This document shows, one piece after another, positions 17,466-26,811 of a DNA stretch of 40,690 nucleotides. The stretch lies in the IMG/VR virus record IMGVR_UViG_2541047843_000008; one strand, written 5' to 3'. The position numbers and the translations under genes were made by a program. How positions within the stretch are numbered: the first letter of the stretch is position 1; every line of letters begins with the position of its first letter. The DNA is from a virus (Duplodnaviria; Heunggongvirae; Uroviricota; Caudoviricetes). The notes below the pieces were generated by a model that saw nothing but the letters and a program-made list of their open reading frames with translations, was not told where the DNA came from and made no database searches.

Positions 17466-19936
17466 CAGAATCCCCCAACAGTAAGGCGAGGAATAACGGC
17501 AAGAACAGACAGCGGCAACGGATCAAGCTGACGGATTTTTACACGTCCGTTTTTGCCCCAGTTACTGTCCAGTTTCACTTCTACTTTTCCGGTAGCATCA
17601 TCAACAGGATCATCGTAGAACTCGAATTCACGCTGTGGATATTCGTACCATTTACCGCCGGGCGTAGTCGCCCAGATGCCGCGACTGGCATTCACAACCA
17701 GAGTAACGGACGGGATCACCTGTTTTTTGTCCAGCAGCGTTTCCTGTCCGTTAATGTTGATATCCAGTGTTTCGAATTCAGCAGTTATTGGCAGGCCGAT
17801 GTGCACAACAGCCCCAGGTGATTCCAGCGTGACGGCACCTCCGGAAACCACTTTCTGTGGTTCCACGTTCGCATCAGAGAGGATGTTTACGGTCTGGCCT
17901 TCAAGATGAGACAAGCCGCCAAATGTCCGGCGCGCCATCTGCCAGTTCGTGGTGGCCACATTCCTGAGGGATGGCGGGACGTTCCTGTTAGCACGAACCA
18001 CTACAGCGGTATTGCTGGTTACAGAAATAATGTCGCAACGTAATTCTTTTGACACCTCATCGCCAGTATCAGGATCAGTTCCGGTATAAGGGAACTGTAG
18101 TTGCGCGCCGACATCACTACTGGTGAAGTACGCACCACCAGAAACACTGATTGTATATTCCGCGCAGTAATCCCATTCGCCAGAACCACCAGTGATGGTC
18201 ATCGTTCTGTCAGACGTATTTCTTCCATCATAGCTAAGGCCAGAATCAACAAAGAAAGCATCTTCATCGCTGGTAAATAAACGGCTGGACAGTCGCTCGA
18301 TGTATCTCACTGTTTGCCCGTTAACGGTTCGGTTAATGACGAAATACACCGCATCTTCATTGCCTTCGCTGATACTGCATGTGCTTTCATATTTTCCGGT
18401 ACTGGACTGTGGTGCCCATGCAAAAACCTGTTGATCACGCAAATAGGTCATCACCAGTAATTTACCGTCATCACGAATGCAGAAGGCGCTGGAGTAAGGG
18501 ACTATCGAGAAGCACCAGTCAACAATGCTGTGCTTCTGAAAAAGATGATTGGCAAGGATGGTCAGGTCGTTCCCCTGATAGCCGTCAACATCGAATGAGT
18601 AGGCCAGATCACGGACAACGCTGCCTTTCTCCTGGACGAACAGAGCAATATTCGCCACGGCAATTGGTGGGACATTGCTCGAGCCATTTGATCCCTGAGA
18701 GCTGAATGCAAATGATGATGGGGTAAGCACTTTGTTCTGGTCGCCAGTGATGACGTACTCACCTCCGGAAGTCAGCGCCACCAGCGAACCAACATCAATC
18801 AGGTGACGGATCTCATTAACCTGACGCCCGGCATAGGTGTAGATAATTCTGTCGTCATCCTGCGTAGGATTGCTTTTGCCAAAATCCTTATAATCCCCAG
18901 TACGGCTGGCCCAGATAGTCTGAGGGAACGCAGTCGATGCGGCGAAGTAAAGACGCTGTTGATAATAAACAACAGTGCCAGGATAACCATTAACACTGTT
19001 CCAGGCATATTTAGCCCATTTATAGCTGGCATTATCCTCGCCCACGACCTGCGAAGGGATATAGGAAATCACCTCGGCAGTTGCAGTAGTTCCATTTGCA
19101 GCAGTGATACGGGCAATGCCAAAACCACTGTGCAGATATTCCCACTCAATGCCAGTATCATCATCACCGGATCCGCCCCAGCCATCCCATGATGTGCCTT
19201 CTGTATGCGAAGGGCGCAAAGTACCTGTTTTGCCTGCTGTAACGGCGCGATAGTAGTTACTGTCTGCACGGCGAATATCGCCAATCGACGTACTCTTACT
19301 GGTTTCCCATACCGGCACAGAATCCACTGCAGGCTGTTCCAGATAGAACAATTTGCCTACCTGCTCCGCGCCAAAAATAGAGGCGCTTGCCGTTAACGTA
19401 ATTGTCCCGGTGCTGGCGCTGGCATAAACCGTCAATGACTCATCAATATTGATATCTTCAAATGGCCCGTTCTTCGTTACCACATCAACCAGTTGCCAGT
19501 TGTCATGCGCATAGCGACGCAACTCTTTCGGCGGGTATGCCGGATGAACAAGCGTAAGCACGTCTGCGCTTTGCGTGAATTTAATTCGGAACAGATCGGC
19601 TTCAGTATATGGCGTGGCAATTTCATAAATAACATTGCTGCTGTTCAGCACCAACGCACCATCTTTGATAACGCGCATGTACTGGTGTCCGAACTCCAGA
19701 GCATAGGTCTGAACCGTCGAGAACTGGAACGGGATCAGGCGGCATTTCCGATTTGGGTATTTGGCGGCACCGACAAAACGCGTACCAGGTCGATTCTCAA
19801 CGCCGCCATACTGCCGCACGATAAAGTTATCGCACTTGCGCAATGCCACCTGGTACTTCGCCATGTCGATACGTCCGTACAACGACGGTCCAATCTCACC
19901 ACCAGCAAAGCTGGGCTGGATCCAACTGATAGCCAT
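17465..19936 (-). CDS. Tail tubular protein B-like (nozzle), T7 gp12 position
   Basis: 823 aa directly after the gp11-like gene; size and position match T7 gp12. Confidence 0.6.
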   Translation of the reverse strand: MAISWIQPSFAGGEIGPSLYGRIDMAKYQVALRKCDNFIVRQYGGVENRPGTRFVGAAKYPNRKCRLIPFQFSTVQTYALEFGHQYMRVIKDGALVLNSSNVIYEIATPYTEADLFRIKFTQSADVLTLVHPAYPPKELRRYAHDNWQLVDVVTKNGPFEDINIDESLTVYASASTGTITLTASASIFGAEQVGKLFYLEQPAVDSVPVWETSKSTSIGDIRRADSNYYRAVTAGKTGTLRPSHTEGTSWDGWGGSGDDDTGIEWEYLHSGFGIARITAANGTTATAEVISYIPSQVVGEDNASYKWAKYAWNSVNGYPGTVVYYQQRLYFAASTAFPQTIWASRTGDYKDFGKSNPTQDDDRIIYTYAGRQVNEIRHLIDVGSLVALTSGGEYVITGDQNKVLTPSSFAFSSQGSNGSSNVPPIAVANIALFVQEKGSVVRDLAYSFDVDGYQGNDLTILANHLFQKHSIVDWCFSIVPYSSAFCIRDDGKLLVMTYLRDQQVFAWAPQSSTGKYESTCSISEGNEDAVYFVINRTVNGQTVRYIERLSSRLFTSDEDAFFVDSGLSYDGRNTSDRTMTITGGSGEWDYCAEYTISVSGGAYFTSSDVGAQLQFPYTGTDPDTGDEVSKELRCDIISVTSNTAVVVRANRNVPPSLRNVATTNWQMARRTFGGLSHLEGQTVNILSDANVEPQKVVSGGAVTLESPGAVVHIGLPITAEFETLDININGQETLLDKKQVIPSVTLVVNASRGIWATTPGGKWYEYPQREFEFYDDPVDDATGKVEVKLDSNWGKNGRVKIRQLDPLPLSVLAVIPRLTVGGF

Positions 19937-20544
19937 CAGGACAACCTCGCAATGGTAAACTCGTCAACCGGTGGCTGTGGTTCCTGTGATTCATTCTGGC
20001 TATGCGAGCCAGCACTAAGAATCACGCGATTGTACATATTGAGAGCAAATGTACCGAGATCCGCATTCCCAGTCAGCGCCATGTTAATGGCTGCCGCAAG
20101 ACGCCAGGCCAGCGCCTCCATAAAAATGGCATCAAACATGTTTACATCTGAAACGCGAGAGACATACTTGAGCCATGCCTGAGGCTGGTCTGTGTAGATC
20201 AACTTTCCTGTTCCGTTGGTGTCTGCACCAACTTCGTACTGAACGCGCATTGCTGCTGTTGGATTGCGTACACCAGGAAGCATAATTTCAGTAATGCGCA
20301 GACAATCTGACGGGTACTGGTACGCATATTCCCAGTCAGGCGGTGGATTGCTCGTATCTGCAAGCGCCACGCGTTTGGTAGCAAAGTTCCAGTCAAAATC
20401 AGAAAGCACAGCATCACGGCAGGCCTCAAAGTGCAGCGAACATTCCCCCGCTTCCTTGCTGGCTTCCGTCAGGCTGTTAATGCTGCGGCTGTTGCCAATA
20501 TTGGACAGCGCACGATTACAGATCTCTACTACAGAGGCCATCAC
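19936..20544 (-). CDS. Tail tubular protein A-like (adaptor), T7 gp11 position
   Basis: 202 aa directly before the gp12-like gene with overlapping stop/start. Confidence 0.5.
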   Translation of the reverse strand: MMASVVEICNRALSNIGNSRSINSLTEASKEAGECSLHFEACRDAVLSDFDWNFATKRVALADTSNPPPDWEYAYQYPSDCLRITEIMLPGVRNPTAAMRVQYEVGADTNGTGKLIYTDQPQAWLKYVSRVSDVNMFDAIFMEALAWRLAAAINMALTGNADLGTFALNMYNRVILSAGSHSQNESQEPQPPVDEFTIARLS

Positions 20545-20864
20545 TCACCTCCGTTACCGTACAGAGTTTCAGCCGCTGATTTTTCTACATCCCCGGAAAC
20601 AGGAGCGATCGCCATATCAGTGATCTGCAGATCGGCGCTGCGATTAACACCATCGTCAGTTTCTCTGGCAGACAGGCCTCGAATAACAGCCTTTGCAGTT
20701 ATCATCACTTCTGTTCCGACGCCCTGAGGTTGCGCCTTCAGCTTATTCAATGTGTCGTTATTAAGAGTGATGCACAGCCCCCACGGGTATTCATCGCGAG
20801 TTCTGGTTTCTCCGCTCTCATCCTGGTAGCTGTCAGTGCCGGTTTTGAGGTTTACGAGTTCCAT
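20541..20864 (-). CDS. Hypothetical virion protein
   Basis: ATG with AGGAG SD immediately after a GC-rich hairpin. Confidence 0.4.
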   Translation of the reverse strand: MELVNLKTGTDSYQDESGETRTRDEYPWGLCITLNNDTLNKLKAQPQGVGTEVMITAKAVIRGLSARETDDGVNRSADLQITDMAIAPVSGDVEKSAAETLYGNGGE

Positions 20865-20880
20865 ATACACTCCTGCAATA

Positions 20881-20896
20881 AAGGGGCCGAAGCCCC
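20881..20896 (-). other. Intra-operon stem-loop (AGGGGC / GCCCCT, UUCG loop in the transcript) after head genes
   Basis: Perfect 6-bp GC stem with tetraloop followed by UUAUUG and then SD/ATG of the next gene. Confidence 0.45.
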
Positions 20897-20914
20897 TTGT
20901 CTGATCCGCGAGGC

Positions 20915-21259
20915 TTACACGCCCAGTTCTTTACGCTTATCTGCGATCTTCTCGCGGAGCGTTTCGGCTTTGGCGTTATGGTGTGGCTTCTCGTTAAAGA
21001 GCAATTCGTACTCTTCACGGAGCTTATCCAGTTCACCATCATCTGACACGTCGTTGATGATTTTGGTGCTGGTTGCTGCCATTGACACCTTTCCTGCAAC
21101 TTTTGCTTTTGCCTGTCTGGCTGCATCGTTAACAGGTTCCAGTGCGCTACCAGGCTCACCTTCGTATTCGATTTCTGCCCCCTCCGGCCACAGAGTGTTA
21201 TGGATATGAGAGAGGCGCAGAACGCGGTATCTTGGTTTCTCACCTGACATCGATATCAC
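20915..21259 (-). CDS. Hypothetical head-associated protein
   Basis: ORF in structural operon, coiled-coil C-terminus. Confidence 0.4.
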   Translation of the reverse strand: MISMSGEKPRYRVLRLSHIHNTLWPEGAEIEYEGEPGSALEPVNDAARQAKAKVAGKVSMAATSTKIINDVSDDGELDKLREEYELLFNEKPHHNAKAETLREKIADKRKELGV

Positions 21260-21260
21260 C

Positions 21261-21698
21261 TTAACCAGTTACTTTTGAGCGGATCGGATACGGCGTATTG
21301 GCATCAACATCAAGACTGATACCAGCAGTGAATTCGCCAGCCGTTAGTGGGCCAGTTGCGACGGAGTAGTTAACACGCAGATATCGCTGAACACCGGCAG
21401 GCACCTTTGCAGAAACAACTCGTTTACCTGCTGTCAGGGCGGTCTTTGCCAGTGCGCCACTATCATAAATAGTGGTCCATGAGCTGTTATTCTCACTCGT
21501 CTGCAACTGGATGTTTACAGTTGCATCACCGCTTGCTGCGGCGGCTGTGTTAACCAGCGCCCAAAACTCAAGCGGGTAACCCACGCCGATATCACGACGT
21601 TTTCCGTCAATTGGACCGAGATCGATTACGTCAGTAGAAGCCGCGGTATTCGTAACCGCCTGAGCTTCGGAGAACATCAACAGTTTGTCGGTGATCAT
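21261..21698 (-). CDS. Hypothetical virion structural protein (possible capsid decoration)
   Basis: 145 aa, Thr/Ser/Ala-rich beta-type composition, directly after the capsid gene. Confidence 0.45.
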   Translation of the reverse strand: MITDKLLMFSEAQAVTNTAASTDVIDLGPIDGKRRDIGVGYPLEFWALVNTAAAASGDATVNIQLQTSENNSSWTTIYDSGALAKTALTAGKRVVSAKVPAGVQRYLRVNYSVATGPLTAGEFTAGISLDVDANTPYPIRSKVTG

Positions 21699-21713
21699 CT
21701 TCTTTCTCCATTA

Positions 21714-21733
21714 GTGGGTCTGTTACGACCCAC
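21714..21733 (-). other. Stem-loop (GTGGGTC / GACCCAC) between capsid and next gene
   Basis: 7-bp inverted repeat with 6-nt loop, followed on the minus strand by GGAG and ATG. Confidence 0.4.
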
Positions 21734-21749
21734 AGGTTAATAACAGGCG

Positions 21750-22742
21750 TTACACCACGCGGGCTTCTGTTTCCAGAAGCGCATCAGTTTCACGGATTGG
21801 TACACCACGGAATGAAGTCCACCACTCGCCTTCTGTCTCTTTTACGCTGATAGCCAGAGATGTTTTCTCCAGAGACTGCAGATCAAGAGCCTGGCCTACA
21901 GTGCGGTTCATGTAGAACACCGGGCGGCCCATGCCACGGTTTGGAATGCGATGTAGTGCTTTAACCATCAACTTCGCAATATTTGCGGCAGAGGATGGTT
22001 CTGAAAGATTGCTGACATCGATGTTTGCAATGCGAACAACATAACGCCAGTCACGCAGAGCAAGTCCGTTATCCCATTTGTAATGGGTGCGATAGCCTTC
22101 GTACTTGCCGCCATTAGCATCTTCCAGTGTCACCTGGCCTTTATCTTCCATCTGGATGCCAGCCTTCTGCCCTTTCGGGAAGATGCCATGCACGGTGTTT
22201 TCGCCCCACACCACTAACCAGATTGAGGTGTTATCTGTACCCGTGCCACCAGCATCAATGATGTTCTGAGCATTACCCGCAGACAGGCTGGAATAGCGGG
22301 AGGACAGTCCCATAAACTGCTGAGGGTTAACGCTGGAATCACCATAAAACAGCGTCTGCGCCATCTGCTGATTCATCGCTTCAATAAATGCGCGGTCTTC
22401 AGACAGGCGGAATTCGGCGGTATTGCCGTTCAGATCAGCCAGTGACTTATCGACTTCCGCATAGGTTTCCAGCATGCCAACGGAATCGGTTACCTGCACT
22501 GTGGTTGATTTGCTTGGCTGTACGCCATAGTTCAGCAAACGCCAGGTAGCTGAAGGTAAACCAGAACGAATGGTGGTTCGGTGTCCGGTAGGAAGGTTCC
22601 CTTCGACAAAAGGCATATCCTGAAGGATCGGGTTAGTTTGACCGAGAAGCTCGATAATCTTATCGACTTTCCCGTTTTGATCGACGCGCTTACCCCAGTC
22701 AGCCAGCGTTAGCGCAGTTAAGCCTTTAACAGCCATTGTCAT
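21750..22742 (-). CDS. Major capsid protein
   Basis: 330 aa immediately after the scaffold gene; classic portal-scaffold-capsid order. Confidence 0.7.
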   Translation of the reverse strand: MTMAVKGLTALTLADWGKRVDQNGKVDKIIELLGQTNPILQDMPFVEGNLPTGHRTTIRSGLPSATWRLLNYGVQPSKSTTVQVTDSVGMLETYAEVDKSLADLNGNTAEFRLSEDRAFIEAMNQQMAQTLFYGDSSVNPQQFMGLSSRYSSLSAGNAQNIIDAGGTGTDNTSIWLVVWGENTVHGIFPKGQKAGIQMEDKGQVTLEDANGGKYEGYRTHYKWDNGLALRDWRYVVRIANIDVSNLSEPSSAANIAKLMVKALHRIPNRGMGRPVFYMNRTVGQALDLQSLEKTSLAISVKETEGEWWTSFRGVPIRETDALLETEARVV

Positions 22743-22750
22743 TTCCTCTC

Positions 22751-23452
22751 TTATTTGCCATAGAGCACTTCGGCCGCACTACGCTGGCCTTCATTACCAC
22801 CGGTGACCATGCCATCTTCAGACATCGCCTTTCCGATTTTCACGAACGTTTTGACCAGATCAGGGTGATTACCCAGCCCGGTGGTGTTCAGATATTCTTT
22901 GAGTTCAGGTGTCCCGAACTGGTCAAGCGCACGCTGTGCGGCGCTAAGGTTAGAAATCAACTTGTCGCCACCGATTTCTTTGTCGGCTTTTACATCCGCA
23001 GCCCACTGCTCGGTTGTTTTCTGCCAGGCTTCTGCCTGGCGCTGCTGAACACCTGCCAGAATCTTCGGATAAGCATCAACCAGCTTTTGCGCTTGCTCGT
23101 TGGTCAGGTTTAGTTCTCGCGCCACCGGCTCGAATTCCTTCAACGCTTCTGTATCCAGCTCTACGCCTTCGGCAGCCTGAAACTCGTACTTTTCAGGCGC
23201 ACCCTCTGGTTTATCGCCGTCCTTTTTTTCATCCTGCTTATCGTTTTCAGGCTTTTTGTCATCAGCAGGTTTATCGCCATCAGCAACAGGTTGTGGCTTA
23301 TCACCTTCCTGTTGTGATGGATCACCAACTGGAGCAGGGTTATCACCTGCAGGCGCTGACGGTTCTGACGCAGCCGGAGCTGCTCCACCATCGACTGGTT
23401 GCTCATTGCAAAGACGGCGATACAGCAAACGCTCAAATAAATTCATGATCAC
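22751..23452 (-). CDS. Scaffolding protein
   Basis: Acidic, Pro/Asp/Lys-rich low-complexity N-terminal half and helical C-terminal half, between portal and capsid. Confidence 0.6.
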   Translation of the reverse strand: MIMNLFERLLYRRLCNEQPVDGGAAPAASEPSAPAGDNPAPVGDPSQQEGDKPQPVADGDKPADDKKPENDKQDEKKDGDKPEGAPEKYEFQAAEGVELDTEALKEFEPVARELNLTNEQAQKLVDAYPKILAGVQQRQAEAWQKTTEQWAADVKADKEIGGDKLISNLSAAQRALDQFGTPELKEYLNTTGLGNHPDLVKTFVKIGKAMSEDGMVTGGNEGQRSAAEVLYGK

Positions 23453-23745
23453 TCCTGTTCACTGGCCTCTTTGGCCATCTTCAAATACTGTTCAGGGCAA
23501 TGCGCCATAACGCGCTGAAACAGTTCCAGCGCCAGATTGCGTTGCCCCTCATTAAATGCCATTGCCATAGCATCCATCGGAGAGATAGCGGAAAACACCC
23601 GGCCTTTCTCCAGCACCGACCAGACAACGCGACGCCCCTGTTCACTGCTCATGACAAAGCGAATGTCATCAATTTCACGCTGCTCCATGTCACGTTGCTT
23701 ACGGGCGTTTTCTTCTTTCAGTTGATCGTCTTCGTAATCTGTCAT
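23449..23745 (-). CDS. Hypothetical protein between portal and scaffold
   Basis: 98 aa, overlapping start/stop with neighbours. Confidence 0.4.
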   Translation of the reverse strand: MTDYEDDQLKEENARKQRDMEQREIDDIRFVMSSEQGRRVVWSVLEKGRVFSAISPMDAMAMAFNEGQRNLALELFQRVMAHCPEQYLKMAKEASEQE

Positions 23746-25421
23746 TGTGATTGCCCACCCTGACCACTAACTGCATTCGCCATAGCTGACAAAACACTCG
23801 GATCCGAAGTTTTAGCTTCGCTTAGCGTCTTGGCGCCCTGTGCCGCCGCCATCCCCATCGCCATCATTTGTTGCTGCTGTTGCTGCTGTGCCCGTTGCTG
23901 GCGAGCCTGCTCAACCTGTTCCTGCGGAACAATGACGGTTGGAGACACTCCGGACATATCAGCGAATGCATCGATCGCCTGATCAACGTTGAGTTTGTCG
24001 AGAGCTTCTGGTTTCGCTTGCGCAAGTTGACCAATGAAGTTAACCGTGGACGCCAGACTGGACAGGCCGATAGACTTCTGCGCCTGAGCCATGACGGAAA
24101 TGTATTCGACCTTCAGGGGCATACCTTCCATCACGTCTGGCGGTGGCGGCAGCATGTTTTTACGCACCATCATCGAGAAAGAGCGGTCAATGAGAGGATT
24201 AAGACATTCGTCGTTCAGACGCTCCAGAACCGGCCCCAACATCAGAAGTTTTTCTTCTTTCATTTCGATCACCGCTTCAACAGGCATCGAGCGGGTATTG
24301 ATGTTCTGCAACATCATGAACAGATCGACAAAGTAGGCGCTGTTAATGATTTGACGAGTGTCCTGAATGTCTGCCACCAAATCTGCTGTACTGGGGTTAA
24401 CCAGATAAGCAGGCCTGAAACCATCCTGACCAGTAATCTGATCGATATACGTGATGTCGCCAGGAAGAAGGGAGGCACGCTGATTCTTGAGGGAAGTCGG
24501 AGCAACCATCGGCGGATTGGTGGCTTTATCAATCAACTGCGACTTGCGCTTCTGGAGAAGCTGCAATGCCTTAACAGGTCCAAGCGCCAGCATACCCGGG
24601 CATGATGATCCATAAACATCTTCGCCGTTAACTTCCCAGCGCGGAGCCATAATTGGAAACTCATCGAATCCGGACTCACGCAACAACTTGTCGTTATCGC
24701 CACCAACCTCGTAATAAACCGATTTGAATGGCTTGTTCTTGCTATCCAGCTTCGATGTATCGCGGTCAATGTTCGGGTAAACCGAATGCATCACTTCAAT
24801 CCACTTCTCGTAGGTTCCGCTTTCCCACATGCTTTTTACGGATTCGCTGACGTTATTTAGCCCGAACTCCTGAACAAGCTGACGAACAGTCATAGAGAAC
24901 TTGCGAAAACAGGTGTCCACACTGCCACGAGGTGAGTTAGCCAGGTAGTAACTGCCTATCGGGAATGGCATTGTGCGAATGATGTCCTCGTCATCCTCCA
25001 GCACTGCCATTGCACCAGTGCTGTATGTGCCGAGGCTTCCGTATAACTGCGGCAGCGACTGATAGAGATTCGACTTATTGAACATATCGTTCATGCGGTT
25101 CTGCACCGCCTCAAGCCACAACTTAACAGGGCCATAATCCATCATTTCAGGATCTGGCGTAGCCAGGCGAAACCACGGACGCGCGGGGCTTGTGATGCCT
25201 GACATCATGCCGCTGGCGAGAGTGCGCGCCGCCATAGTCCCGGTCGAATCAATAATGCGTGTATTGCGTCGATCGTTACGGTTGGCCTCAGAAGTCAGAA
25301 AGCGGGAACCACGCGGGTTGATGTAATCACTCAACTCGCGCCAGTGCGGCTCGAACGACTGACGCTCGCTTTCAAGTTGTGCGAACTGTTTGTTCAATCG
25401 CTCTTTAGTTGTTTCCGCCAT
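23742..25421 (-). CDS. Portal (head-tail connector) protein, T7 gp8-like
   Basis: 559 aa; Gln/Met/Ala-rich C-terminal tail as in T7 gp8 as recalled; GGAG SD. Confidence 0.8.
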   Translation of the reverse strand: MAETTKERLNKQFAQLESERQSFEPHWRELSDYINPRGSRFLTSEANRNDRRNTRIIDSTGTMAARTLASGMMSGITSPARPWFRLATPDPEMMDYGPVKLWLEAVQNRMNDMFNKSNLYQSLPQLYGSLGTYSTGAMAVLEDDEDIIRTMPFPIGSYYLANSPRGSVDTCFRKFSMTVRQLVQEFGLNNVSESVKSMWESGTYEKWIEVMHSVYPNIDRDTSKLDSKNKPFKSVYYEVGGDNDKLLRESGFDEFPIMAPRWEVNGEDVYGSSCPGMLALGPVKALQLLQKRKSQLIDKATNPPMVAPTSLKNQRASLLPGDITYIDQITGQDGFRPAYLVNPSTADLVADIQDTRQIINSAYFVDLFMMLQNINTRSMPVEAVIEMKEEKLLMLGPVLERLNDECLNPLIDRSFSMMVRKNMLPPPPDVMEGMPLKVEYISVMAQAQKSIGLSSLASTVNFIGQLAQAKPEALDKLNVDQAIDAFADMSGVSPTVIVPQEQVEQARQQRAQQQQQQQMMAMGMAAAQGAKTLSEAKTSDPSVLSAMANAVSGQGGQSQ

Positions 25422-25435
25422 TTCAATGACTCCGG

Positions 25436-25642
25436 TTACTGACCAAGCAGCGTTTTACCGCTGGTATTAGCGGTTGATGTGTCACCCTGAGAACCGGTAA
25501 GCAGCGTAGAACTACGACCAGCAGCAGCGCGACGGCGACGAGTTTCTTCGTCGCGGGCATCAACAACGGCGGCATCCTGCTCCTGTGGTGCTGCCTGAAC
25601 TTCTGGTGTTGCAGGCACTGACGGTGAGCTACCCATGCACAT
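25436..25642 (-). CDS. Small hypothetical protein preceding portal
   Basis: ATG with a GGAGTCATTGA translation-initiation region that is duplicated in front of the portal gene. Confidence 0.4.
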   Translation of the reverse strand: MCMGSSPSVPATPEVQAAPQEQDAAVVDARDEETRRRRAAAGRSSTLLTGSQGDTSTANTSGKTLLGQ

Positions 25643-25710
25643 ATCAATGACTCCGTACGCAATTAAATTATTACCAATTTAACCACATATGATTTATTTA
25701 TCGTAGATAG

Positions 25711-25747
25711 TTGACATTTAACGCACGAATTATTACCTTTCAGGTAA
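25711..25747. promoter_or_regulatory. Promoter-like region (TTGACA) with operator palindrome TTACCTTTCAGGTAA upstream of tRNA moron and portal operon
   Basis: TTGACA hexamer at about 25711-25716; perfect palindrome at about 25733-25747. Confidence 0.5.
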
Positions 25748-26069
25748 GCAAATGGTTCATTCCGGTTATTAACCTGACTGGCTTGTCGTTAAATTGAACA
25801 GGTGGAGTGAGCTTTTATTTTGAGCAGTACGGCGTATGGCACATGCGCCGATAGCGGTCTGGATACGTTTAAGGGGCACCCTCCCTTGCTCGGGCAAACG
25901 AACCAGGTAGCCGGAATGTGCAAGTCGAGCGGTTTTATTCCGCGCACGGGGATTCACCATCCCGGCGATTCGGTGTGACGCCTCGGAAGAGACGAGGGTA
26001 CAACGATGAGAGCATTTATGGAGCCGCGACAAAGTGTGGTGCCTTAACAGGCTAAGTGCTCTCAGCGTT

Positions 26070-26146
26070 GTGGCATTAGCTCAGTCGGACAGAGCAACCG
26101 CCTTCTAAGCGGTTGGTCGCAGGTTCGAATCCTGCATGCCACGCCA
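26070..26146 (+). tRNA. tRNA-Arg (anticodon UCU, reads AGA), phage-encoded
   Basis: Cloverleaf read by hand: acceptor GTGGCAT/ATGCCAC, D-arm GCTC..GAGC, anticodon loop CUUCUAA, T-arm GCAGGTTCGAATCCTGC, discriminator G, CCA end. Confidence 0.9.
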
Positions 26147-26189
26147 GAATCACGCCTAAGGACCGTGATGCCAGAAGTTCCAGGTGCTT

Positions 26190-26232
26190 GGCGGTGATGG
26201 TTTCCCTTGAAGGACTATCACCGCCCTTTTTA
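26190..26232 (+). terminator. Rho-independent terminator after the tRNA
   Basis: 9-bp stem GGCGGTGAT / ATCACCGCC followed by CTTTTTA. Confidence 0.5.
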
Positions 26233-26349
26233 CAGCAGGACGCCATTGCGATGACTTCATGCTGTAAACCAGTACAGCCACGGAAGGCATAACTCATTGC
26301 TTCCAGTTCGCCCGGTTCGCAGGGCATTTTTTTAAGGTGAGATTAGACT

Positions 26350-26721
26350 ATGAGTGAAAAAGACATTGAATCTGAAATTCAGGCTAAAGGTTTAGCCGCG
26401 CCGCGCGTTACGCCAGACCATATCGAGAGCATTATTGCTCAGGAGGCATATTTCACAGCAGAAGATGGTGCCTTTGGCGTAGCCATAAAAGCGAAACATA
26501 CTGGCGGAGAGGTAAACTACCAGCCGCACGAATCACTTTCTCTGCTGACGTTCTGCGTCCTGGTGCTGCGCAACGGCTTCACCGTCACCGGAGAGAGCGC
26601 CTGTGCAAGCCCGGAAAACTTTGATGCAGAAATTGGTCGGAAGATTGCCCGACAGAATGCTGTAAACAAAATCTGGATGCTCGAAGGTTACTTGCTGAAG
26701 CAGAAGTTAAGCGAGCAATAA
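26350..26721 (+). CDS. Hypothetical moron protein downstream of the tRNA
   Basis: ATG with AAGGTGAG SD; opposite strand to the flanking packaging and head genes. Confidence 0.55.
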   Translation: MSEKDIESEIQAKGLAAPRVTPDHIESIIAQEAYFTAEDGAFGVAIKAKHTGGEVNYQPHESLSLLTFCVLVLRNGFTVTGESACASPENFDAEIGRKIARQNAVNKIWMLEGYLLKQKLSEQ

Positions 26722-26741
26722 CACCGTGACATATCACAAAC

Positions 26742-26768
26742 AGCCAGCCTATGAGCTGGCTTTGTTTT
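26742..26768. terminator. Putative terminator between moron gene and terminase large subunit
   Basis: Stem AGCCAGC / GCTGGCT with 6-nt loop followed by TTGTTTT. Confidence 0.45.
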
Positions 26769-26811
26769 ATCCTCATCAGAGGATATCAACAACATTATCC
26801 CCTCAAGCGGA

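Noticed and set aside
26070-26146. tRNA-Arg as the prophage integration site (attB)
   Set aside because: The tRNA is intact, internal to the element (between terminase and portal) and about 13 kb from the integrase, which sits at the opposite end; it behaves as cargo with its own promoter and terminator.
26217-26226. TATCACCGCC resembling a lambda operator half-site
   Set aside because: It is one arm of the terminator hairpin after the tRNA and has no symmetric partner; the real operators here follow the TTACCT-N3-AGGTAA pattern.
25769-26327. Minus-strand ORFs 25769..26032 and 26076..26327 from the ORF track
   Set aside because: They lie in the tRNA leader or antisense to the tRNA itself, rely on non-ATG starts without SD sequences, and have low-complexity basic translations; treated as spurious.
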